Position numbers and translations under genes: made by a program. Below the pieces are notes generated by a model, which made no database searches, was not told the origin of the DNA, and saw only the letters and a program-made list of their open reading frames with translations. Shown one piece after another: positions 14,101-26,100 of a stretch of DNA of 64,000 bases. Every line of letters starts with the position of its first letter. The first letter of the stretch is position 1. This stretch comes from Lingula anatina (Eukaryota > Animalia > Brachiopoda). The stretch lies in assembly GCA_051362555.1 (NCBI GenBank), contig CM120648.1, forward strand, positions 7,808,587 to 7,872,586, read 5' to 3'.

Positions 14101-17100
14101 AATAAGATATAGCAATGAATAACATTTCAATATCTACAAGGTAGCTGAATGATCGCTTGCTTTATATTCAGTAATACAATTAAATACCAATCAATCGCAT
14201 GTAATCAAATATGGTCAGACGTCATCTGAGGTCAAATTTGAGGGATTTGTGGGGCAATACACCAATAAAGTTTTGTTTTAAAAAGAAAATGTAAATCAAT
14301 ATTTTTCTGGTAATGTTCGATGAATGTTGCCTATACATTGTAAAACGGTCTTAAATGAGTGTTTTTAGAAAATAGGAGTAGAAGAAAGGTAATCGGTAAT
14401 TTGCAATATGTTGGTTTGGACAGGAAGCCCATGGCACTAGTTGAATGTCAAAGGTTTACTGAAGCACATTTTGCCTGGTGGAAGTTACAAACCAACTTTT
14501 TCAGACTTTTGAAATATATAAGCACACTGTGCGTGACCTGAACAAACTTTAGAGAAAATTTGGAAAACAAACAAAAATAACTTTACCGTTTCATTATTAA
14601 TCGATCAATCACTAATAAGCAGATAGTAAATATTAAGTATAATTTCTAAAAATAACCATTCATTAAATCCTGAGTTATATTTACAATTTTAATAATTTGT
14701 ATAAATCAATCAATATTGTAACATCCAAAACTAACACAAATAAACAATATTGCACACACTAAAATATAAAGCATTTTGATAAAGCATTTGGTGCTTCATT
14801 TTGTGGTCAGCTGTCTAAAGTGAATGAAGGATGTGATTTCAACTACGGATGATAATATGCTAAACGATTTCCCATCAGTTAGTGGAGACATGATATGCTG
14901 TTTACTAAGGTATTTATAACTTTGTCACTTACTGAAATATTTATACAAGAACGAAAGGTAACACAGAATACATTTTTGTTGGTTCTGTTTTGTTTTAGTC
15001 TGAGTTAATGGCATTGATATATTTATTTAAGAAAAATATTTTAATAAGCATAAAAATGCTTACATTTTATGAATGAGAATTGACACATTATTTTCATCGT
15101 TCTATACTAAATCATTTAATTGTACCTTGATCAAGAAATAATGTTACAAGTGTAACTGAGACAGTCTTATTTAAACTACAAAAACAAATACTGCATGGAA
15201 TACCTAATTTTCCAACTTTTTTTTTTTGAGAAGGGATCTGCTGATTATTATGCTATATAAATTTATGTTGTTACTGGAACATTTAAGAAAATGAAGCTAC
15301 AATAAGATATGTATGTTTAGTCTTAGTTATTGACATCATTAAAGAATTCCAGTATAGGCTTAATGATGTCATATTGCCACCTAATATGCAATAATTACGG
15401 AGAGGCAAGGTACAACAAGCCGTGCTACAAACACTACACTAGCATTAAAGTACCCAAAACAACACTTGTACCTGAATCTGACAGTGAAAGCATATACAAA
15501 GTTGCTGAGACTGATGCTCATGAGCAACTCTTTCAGTGCATACGACAAGAGTTGTTTTCCCCTCCCTGGGTTAATTGTGTTACTCAAATATCTTGTCCGT
15601 CAAATGTGTACCCTATACAACATTGGTCAAAAAGGTTGTCCCACCCCATTTAGTAAAATTTATAAGAGGTACCCCCTCAAATCGACTGTTTCACTGTGAC
15701 TTCTACAGATGTAAAGAAATGTCTATAAAATTGAAAAGGCGCCATCACATGTCACCAAATTCACACACAATTAGCATTAGGGTGTGCTCGTTAAAGGTCA
15801 CGTGCCGAACAGCGTGTGCGTCTACCGCGTACTGCAATTATCTCCTGTAGACGGCGCGACAAGCCTTCAACACGGGTTACAATTCAATAGTGGTTCAGAT
15901 GCAAGGTGTTATATGGTCATTTACAAAGTGAAAGCAACTGATTTGAAACTGCTATCACACATAATCTGACATCTGACTAAATGAGCTTTCATATAAATGC
16001 AATGAACCTTGATCGCCCAATTGGTATCGGCGGATCAAAATTGAGGAGTCTAACTGAAAGACTAAAGCTCATGTTCATAACTCTTTTCTATCCTATCAGC
16101 GAATCAGAAGTCACACATAAATCCCTAAATTACACTAGGTTACGTTGAACATGCTTCAGAGTATTCCAGAAAAACACTACAGTTTCATAAAGCACTTGGG
16201 TGTTGTTACATGGTTTTTCTGCAATATTGCAAATCAATTTGATACTGACGAACCGTGTTGGCTGTTTTATCTACAGGAGGGTTTGCTTTGCATAATGTTG
16301 CTTAAAGATGAATGACAGATATACTGTATGAAAATTTGGTCAAGTGAATGAATTTACTGCAGTTTTACAGACCAGGAATTTACCCTTACTTAAGCAATAT
16401 TGACACGTCAGTATCAATGGGGTATAGTCACATGACCCAAAAATAGTCACCAGATTCCGCATCCCTCAGAAAGCCAATATTTTGACATTTGTTGTTTTGT
16501 TTTGTTGTTTTGTGAGCTCCCGTACCTTTACCAAGGTAGCAACTTGACCGCCATTAATGCGATCACACCATTTGAATTGTAATTACAGTACAATGTGAGA
16601 AACCCCATCACTTGTTGTGCTGCAATTAAGCCATAAAGCAAAATGTTGGATATGAAGGCAAATCCTTATTGTCCTAGAATTATGTACTTCTTGAATGTTT
16701 TGGCTGACTAAGGAATTAATTTGATTTATCACTTTGTAAGTCAACTTTATGAAAGGAAATTCATCTATTTTTATTTACTGTAAATTTACCAGAGTGCCCA
16801 AGATATGCAGGATACTTTTAAGTCTCTCTTTCTCTCTCATTACTCACACTTCGTACATATCTTTTCAAATGTGTCTTTTATCCATTTGCCTGTATCTTCT
16901 TTTGACAAGAGTCCATTTTCAAAGTTTCCGATCAATTTCCTGTCTAACACAAAGGCCCCCAGCAATTTGAGAATTTCCCCTGAAATAAATGCATTACACT
17001 GATTATAGGACAATCCCCCCAGAAACATCTATTTATACACAAATATAAAGTAAAAAGTGTGAAGTTTAAAACATTTCATCCATTTTATTAATATTTTCAG

Positions 17101-20100
17101 TATGATAATACAACTTCATCATGAAACAAATTATTTCATAACAAATTCCTTTTTTCATTCAGTACAAGTACAGAAAGGTTTATTAAACATTTAACCAAAG
17201 TATAAGTTCATATCCTTCAGGTAAAGGTTGGGTAAACAGATTTACAGGTAAACAGATATTTTATGAATATTTTTAGGGTGGTGGGTAGGTGGGTAGTGGT
17301 CAAGCAATTAAAAGTGACAAATAATCAAATGGATACCTGGATAAGTGAGAAAATCTGTTTACCCCACCTCTCCCTAGAGATGCACCTTGATCCAAGACTT
17401 AATTAAGGGGGGGAGTAATAAAGCAATTAAAAGTAACAGTTAATTTATCAAAGGGTTATCTGGATGAGTGAGATCATCTGTTTACCCCACCTTAACTGGA
17501 GATGTACTTTGATCAGATAAGATGTTCTGTACTTCTATCCCTAAAATGTTGTACTTGTACTCCATGAAAATAATTTGTTTAATTTAATTAATATTATCTA
17601 TCCTCCAGTTCCATCATCAAACTGAGAAATTTCATAAAATGGATGAAAAGATTGTCCTGGTCCTAATAATATTGCACTGTGTTTACAACGCAACGTGAAA
17701 ATGCATGTGCATGTATTTATAAACAAAAATAATTAAGTATATACATGGAACTGTCATGTACAGATTATAAGGGACTCAAAATCCAGAGCTTCAAATCTAG
17801 GGTGAATTTTATAGGTTCAAATACCTCTCTCACTATCAGTAGTTTCTGAAATTCGGCACAAATAAAAGATTTTTGCAAAAAAATCCGTATTTAGAAAATT
17901 TTGGCCTGTCTGACCTTGAAAAAAAGGTCAAATGTCAAATCCGAAGACATATTTGAAATCCTCATATATGACTTTCGATCAGACTTCTATAATAATGTTT
18001 CCCATAATTACTTCCGTTTGGGAGATATATAGCATTGAATTTTCAAAAACTTTGACAAGGGTACATTTTGAACAACGAGTGTCACGCCCAGGCGAATACA
18101 CCAACTGAGACAAAATAACCAGGGGGTTCAAGTTGAGAATATAAGTGGCCAAAACCCAAGAGATGGGGACACAGGTACGTGCAGTCTAGGAGGAGAAGCG
18201 GTAACGGTGACTTGTATCCCACGACACCCTGTGGAGCCGGCGGAGCTCACAGAGCAATACGGGTTGGGACTAAAACCATAAGTACCGCCAGCGTACACGC
18301 TGGTGGTACTAAATACAACATTGGTCAAAAAGGTTGTCCCACTCCTATTTCCATGTGCTTTTATTTACAAATGATCACCTTACAGTTGTAAATTGAAATA
18401 GTGCTTTTTATTACGGATACCGTGTCTAACATGATAAATGGTTAAAAAATTACAAAATAGTGGTGAAAATGTACATATTTTATACCATTTAGTAAAATTT
18501 ATAAGAGGTACCCCCTCAAATCTGTTTCAGTGACTTCTACAGATGTAAAGAAACGTCTATAAAATTGAAAAGACATCATCAAATGTCACCAAATTCACAC
18601 ACAATTAGCATTAGGGTGTGCTCGTTAAAGATCACGTGCCTAACAGCGTGTGGGTCTACCGCGTGCCGCGTACTGCAATTATCTCCTATAGACGGTGCGA
18701 CAAGCCTTCAACATGGGTAACAATGGGGCTATCAGTTTTTTTCACCACTGGGTAGCGCGCGTGTTTTAGTTGGGGTACTTTTGCGCATGCGCGTACTTTC
18801 TCGTGTGTATGCAGTTTCATTTTTAACCTGACGCTGTAAATATCGCTCTAAATAATGCTAGGATACTGTTGTGTTCCGGAATGAACATCGTCAACAGGAC
18901 GTCATTCTTTTCCGAAAGACACAAAACTGAGTTACCAGTGGAGAATTGCCATCAGGAAGGTTGATTCTACATCAAAAACACTATGGAAACCAAAGGCACA
19001 TGACAGTCTGTTTCCTCCACTTTCGTGAGGAAGATTACATTTCTACGTGAGTTGTACTTGCTGTTGTCGCTTTTAGTATTAAGTGTGTGTCCACGAGAAA
19101 ACCAAACCAAATGTAGAAAATGCGGCAAGGTGGGGGTGAACGGATTTACATCATATTTGGTGTGTTTGAACCTTTATATGAACAATATCTGAGGCTACAA
19201 TATTTCCTGAAAAAAATCCCTACTTACAGAGATATGGCCAGTGACAATTTGGGGGTATTATCAACCAAAAATTCTTCTGAAAAACAGGGTTATATTGATT
19301 GGCCTTAAAGTTTATACAGGTGTCACTAAATGATTTAGTTTGGTGATATATTATAACCTAAAGATAGGGGATTAAAATGATATACACTTTTTTCACTCTC
19401 TTCGTTTCCATGGTAACAAACCAAGTGTTTTTCTCAGGCCTACAAACCACATGCTTTTAACACCCCCCTTCTATTTTTGACAATATCTTCATCTTCACAG
19501 GTCTTTGGGGTAAAGCGTGTTCAGGACTAACAGATAACTCATTAATCTATTTATACATGAAATCAAAACTTACTGCTGTTCTACAACTTGTCCGTTGTAA
19601 CAGATAGAACATGACCTAATTTCTTCATTTTTCGTAAATACCCCGGTATATCCGGACACATATATCGGTGCTCTCAACTTCAGCTATCTCTTTCAAGTCA
19701 ACAAATGGTTTAAAACACTGTAAGTTGAACTTTTTATTTTCATTTTACTTATTTTAATTTTTTTTCTGGTTAAAACAAGCATCTAACACATTTTAAAATC
19801 ATGTGAAACTAATGTACTAACGTCAGAACAACACAACGTCATTATCCAACATGGCGGAAATCGCAGACTGTTTGTTTGCAAATCTTCCTCAACGAAGTCG
19901 TATAACCATTTTTCTGTGTACAGATATAAAAAAAACATGTAGTGTATTGAGAAATTGCAACAGAGATATTAACAGTCATCTTCGTCGCGTTTACATGAAG
20001 CAAAACAGCGTGAGTTACGAAAGCAAACTGATTCTTGTCAGGTGTGGATTCTTTTGTCTCCGATGATCGTAATTGGACATTTCCAAGTATCTTTGGGAGA

Positions 20101-23100
20101 ATGAATGGGTTACACCATGTGACCAGCACTGGGATATGGGCTTGGTTTGTGCTGGAAACCATCCATACAGGGAAAAACGAGCCTATAACGAAATATGTCA
20201 TGGGATTAACCTGCAGATGCCAGTGTAGACAAAAAGCCATTTGAATGTACTGGTACCACTTGGTTCAGGTAAGAAACGGGTTTGTTTGTATTTTAATACA
20301 GGCTAAAAGCCAGAAAAAAATTCACTCAGAAAAATGATCTAGGTGTAATTTTTTAATGGTAAGCGGTTCATTATTTTTCTTTCTTTTTTTTTTTTTTTCG
20401 AATGCCCCCTTTCAAATAATGAAATTGCAGCCTAAGGACCTGTGATAATTTTATCTTTTAAGCTATATTTGTGTGGGTATTTATGTAGGTTTAATGGTAT
20501 TTGGGTAAAATAAATTTAAGGGTAACAATTGGAATTAGATTGAAGCTATGGCTGGTCTTGGCAAAATTGCTAGGCTCATCATAATTAATATTCGAAACCA
20601 TGCCTTACTTATAAAACATAGACAAATGGGATAATAATTTATTTTTCATCAATGTATCAATTAACTTTCAGATAAGTGTTTTCATGTGTCTATAGTAAGC
20701 TATATGTATATTTCAGGCATATTTGAGAAGTGTTATTTGACACACAGTGATCTTATGGTCAGCAAAAGAGTCCAAAGCCTTGCAGAAACTGAAACTAGTG
20801 TGGAAATTACTGCTGTTGTAGAAAGGCATGTATACATGTAAATGAAAGCCACAATATAACAAATGCTGAGGAGATGCATGAGGCCCTAGTTTCTGCAGTT
20901 GGAGCCATTTTCTACATCCAGCTAGACAGACATCTTCCAAACCTGCGTGGACTGGAGTGTCCAGTTACAACAATTTAGCTTTCTTGATTCCTACAACATG
21001 AGAAAAGGTGTCTCCCTTCCTTGAGCAGTTTTAACATGAGTGATGCTGATGTTAAAGTTAATTTGGGTTTTTCAGAGGCAAATGTGTCAACTGGGACTAT
21101 ACCAAGCAAGATCACAAACAAGGAAATTTTTCTTGTCCAGAGAAGTCTTCTCTGAAATCTTTTGCTACTAAGACTGAAGAGTAATTGTATGGTCCTTTTT
21201 TTAAGTTATGAAATGTGCCAAAAAACAGCTTTTGATCAAATTAAAGTCTAGTGGGCCAACAATCTGACTAAAGAAAAACTTAAAGCACATCAGCTGTGAG
21301 AGAACTCCACCCTCTTGAATATCTCACTGAGTTACACAATGGATGAGCTTTAAAGTCATCTAAACCTTTGAAACTATATTCAAATAAAGTAAAGGAGTTT
21401 TTACTGAAGGAGTTTAGAAGGGCACAAGAAACAGGCCAGCAGAACGTAGCATTTGTGAGCATGAAGATGAGATTGAAATGTCAGTAAGGAGGGTAACAGA
21501 CTATTCAGGAAGAAAAAATCGGCAGTTATTTTTGAATGTATTAAAAACTTTGATGTTATGAGCTGTAATGTTTGATATAAAACTGCAAAGATGTTTCATA
21601 ACACCAGGATATATTTTGTGGTTGTGTTAGTTTTGCTTTTTGAATAGAAAATTATCTTGTTTTGCTACATTATGATATAGTTTGTAATGATCACAACTAA
21701 TGTTGCATTGCTTTGCATGTATTGCTGTATTATAATTTTGTGATTTTTTTTTATTATTTGTAATTATTCATCTGAGACAACAATAAACTAAATTGAATAA
21801 TTTTTTAGTTTCTGTATGCTCATAAATAGTCACCAAAAAAGTGGTGTGGATGAATAAAAAACCTCTTGATAATTAAAAAAGATTTGTTCTGGCTTTGCTC
21901 TCATAAATACTATGGCATATCCTGATCTCTATATGATAAATATTGCACCAAAAAGAAATTGCTACTAAACTAAGATTTTAATTTGTATTCACCAAATTGA
22001 TGATATTAAAAATATACATATTAAAATTATCATGTAAACTCTCAAGTTAATTGCCAGTGCCTATCCAAAGTAACAGAATCTAAGATTTATTTCCTTTAAA
22101 CTTTTTGTCCATACAAATTAAAAAGTCCATATATGGCAATTTACAAATATGAAGCCCAGTGACCTTGACCTATGACCCATGACCCACTGACCTGATATTC
22201 ATTAGTACACATCTACTTTCCATGCTCACCAGCCCTATTAATTTAGTAACATCATTGTAGAGCAAAATGGTTTAATAAATTAATCAAACCCATTGTCTAC
22301 ATAGACTTGAATGAATCCACCACGATTTTTTGCCTAAAAAATGGCCAACTTTGGGGGTATTTTTCAGTACCTGTTTTAATACAGCAGTAACTTTTGAAAC
22401 TTGATTTGGAGTGATCCATATCTGCCTAAAATATTCATGCAGTTTTATAGCTGTAAACCCTGTGAAGATGGAGATATATGCAATTAAAGATGGTAGTATC
22501 AAAATTGGACTTTGGGGGGAGGGGTGTTATAAATGGGTGTGGCTCGCCCAAGCAGGGTCTTATCTGAATTCTACATATATCTGTGGCAAGTCAAATGATT
22601 GTTTTTAATGTTTGTAAGGTCTAATATTTTTTAGTTTTCTCCATTTTTGTTTAATTTACACAAAATATATCATTATTTTTCCAAGGTAAAAATGGAGTCT
22701 CAAAGAGGCTACATAAGCCATGACTTATAATAGGCTATAATTCTCTGAAGAAAGGATATTTTTGGGATTCCTTCCTCACTCAAGAATAACTTCCTAATAT
22801 GCCTCCATACAACAAATTTGGTTGAAATCTGCTGACCCCCACCTTGCCACCCTGGGCTGGTTCTCTCGTGGACAAGCTCTTAATAATGAGTTTGTCAACT
22901 TATTCATTAGGTCTTTGTTATCGATGTTTAAGCAATTATGTCGTTTAACGTGCTTAGAATGTTAATTTTTAAGACATTCTTCACCTAACATTATGTAGCG
23001 ATTTGAGGGGAGAAAACACTCTACCGACTAAGCTACCGAGCCCGGGTCAACCCCGACCAGCCACTACAATTATTCCTTCGTTTATATGTGATAATCCATG

Positions 23101-26100
23101 AGGTTTTTTAAAGGCCACGTTTTCACATTACGACATCTTGATTTTTTTGTATTAATAATCGTTATGTGCACTCCTTTTGCAGATGACACAAAAAAAAAAA
23201 AAAACTGAAGTCAGGAACGATACCATCCATATTTCTATTTAATAAAGTCAAAGATGTACCATCATCACGTACTAGCCGTCTAGCTAAACGCCGCAAAGTA
23301 TCGGATCCGGTGACAGTACCAACAGCTCCTGATTATATTCATGAAGTGGAGGTAAATATAACGCATGATATAATAACATATTTATAAATAAAATGTTTCT
23401 TTATATTTGTAAAATTATCTGTGTAAATACTTGAAACACTAGAGACGGACTAAAGGGGACAAGAGGCAGTCAGATCTGCGTCATTTCTGTCACCGATTTT
23501 ATGTGTTAATTAATACATGAAGTATTTTTCTTTGTGTCATTTATTAACTTATGTATTTATTTTTTGTTATATCCTATACACTGTAAAAACAGTGCTTAGC
23601 ATTTAAATACATACAACATACGTTAAGCACCTATACGCATTTAGAAATATGTGTAAAAGCTAAGCACGTGTAGCTTTTCAAGCGTTTCACAGAAGAAAAT
23701 GCTAGACACGTTGGCAGTGTTACACGTTTAGCTGTGTGCTTAGCTTCACCGGTATATGGATCTATAATAAGTCTATCACAAGCTTAGCACATTGGCTAAG
23801 CACTTCCCCTGCTAAGCGCGTGAGGCTGCTAAACACATGGAGCTGCTATAGGTGTGGAATTCCTAGACGCGTGGAGCTGCTGAACAATACCCTCTACCAA
23901 GGCCGCAGTTCTTGGGGACATTTTTTGCTGAGGCGACATCAGATCAAATTGACTATCTATTTATCTAGAGACATATCTGTGAATATCGTGAAAAATCAAC
24001 CTGTCGCCCTGGTAGAGGGTAGCAGAACAACAGGTTTAGCTTTTCAAGCTTCTTTCAGAAGAAATAAAAATGTTTAACATTCTTAGAAGTGTCGCACTTT
24101 TAGCTATGTGATTAGTTTCACCGGTCCCATAAGTTTATTACAAGGCTCAACAATATGGCTTAACACTTCCCCTTGTAAACGTGTGGAGCTGTTGAAGGCG
24201 TGGAGCAGTCTGCTCGAACGCTTTGTGTCCTTCCTTGCAGTAACGCGTTCTTATTTAAAATAGACCTATTAAAGATGCATACAAAGTCATTTTTTTGCTC
24301 AAAAACCAACCAAATACCAGTATATAGTTTCAAAAAGTATAATTAAGAAAATTGCCAGAAGGCATTGATTAATATTACCCGAAAAATGATATTTGAATGG
24401 ATTTTTCTGTTAGCTTACTATCCTGTATATACATGGGGCAGAAAAGTAGGTCACATAAGTAGGTTAAATTTCTGACCAAAAATTTAAAGAGCAGTCTAAG
24501 GCTCTTTTATGGCTGATCGAGTGATTTATTCAGTTTGTCCCTTTATTTGAGTCGTATAAGAATCTAGTAGAAGTGGTTTATATGTGTTACTGGCAACCCA
24601 CGCTTCACCGATGCTCGGTTCATATGTACCTTTAAGTAATAATCCAAATAACAAATAACGTTTTCACGACGTTATCAGATGGTTACATGCTGGTTATGGT
24701 ATAAAAGAACATTATGGTAACGTTATGGGTGTTTTAATGATGTACAGTAACGTTATAATTTGTAAAAAGATTCGAAGACCTTTCTACAAAATTTTATGAT
24801 ACATGTAACGTCATTTTGTGGAGTTTTATCAGCGTGTTTATAACATTCTGGAAAAACATTATATAATGTTTTGAAAACATTTTTTTATATAAATAACCAA
24901 AACACGTCTTATGCTGTTTGAACTACAGTTAGCGGTTAATTCCAAAATGGGCTTGGGGTTAGTCAGCGACTAGAGAGGTGCGAATTGTAGAATATTCGGA
25001 CTATCGGTACCGAAATAACCAGCATGTGATGAAAGCTTAAATAAAGTATTATAATGAATACCCCACCATCATCCTGATGTTCTATTGTTCATTACTTCCG
25101 GAAAAAATAAATAGATATCAATACCGTAACGCATTTTATCAAAATATGGAGAAAGGTGTTTTAAAGTAAAAATGATAGTTGTTTCGTGCCTTTAGTGAAC
25201 TAGTGAATTTTCCTAACCTGCTTTTCAGAAATACATTCCAATAAACTACCTCGCAAGGTCAGCTAACACAAGGATGAATAAGTCCAGCTGTAAAGATGAT
25301 GGTGGGAAGTCAACGATGTTGACAGTTCACGGTACCCTGTTATAGAAAGAGATAACTATAGCAGTTAAAGGTGACCGTGAGTTCGTGTGTGTGTGTATGT
25401 GTGTGCGCGCGTGCGTGCGCGCGCGTGTGTGTGCGACCAAAACAGTTGAAATCAAAAATTTAAACAAATACACCCTACATTTATAAGCCGTCAAACGCGT
25501 CATACTGCTAAACACAAGCGGGTAACATGTTAAGGAGCTAAGCATGTTAGGAGCTAAACGCGTCGAAAAAGTGAGACAAAACAGGCGCTTAGAAATGCGT
25601 TTAGGAGCTAAACACTGTTTTTACAGTGTAGGTTGAGTGTAGGTTCTCAAGCAGATGAAGCAGTGGAAGACAAACATGAAGACTACCCTGGTGAGAGCCA
25701 AAACGAAAGTACAGCTTCCCAGTGTGATATCACTACACCATCAGACATAAGAGAAAGCATCATGCTGTACCAGAAAAATGCAAAGGCTGTCCAGTATCTA
25801 ACTGGATTTAGTCGTTTTGAACACTTCATGTTGTTTTTCAATTGTCTTGGGCCAGCAGCTCACCACTTGAATTTCAAATGTTTGTCACCAGAGGACCAAT
25901 GTTTTTTGACCATTATGAAACTGAGCCAAGCCTTTCACGATTATTATTTAGCTCTCCGTTTCAAGCTATCGGTAACAACGGTGTCAGAAATAATAAGCAC
26001 ATATTTGGATCAACTTTGTTTTTTTTTCAGTTCAGTGAAATGAACATTTGGCCAGAACGTGACATTGTTGAAGACTATATGTCTGTAAATTTTAAGAAAT

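Larger units (their letters stand above)
23579..25628. mobile_element. CACTA/EnSpm-type non-autonomous element
   Basis: TA|CACTGTAAAAACAGTG...CACTGTTTTTACAGTG|TA, with subterminal gctaa(a/g)c repeats. Confidence 0.88.

Noticed and set aside
23736-24077. 113-aa ORF
   Set aside because: Lies within subterminal repeats of the CACTA element.
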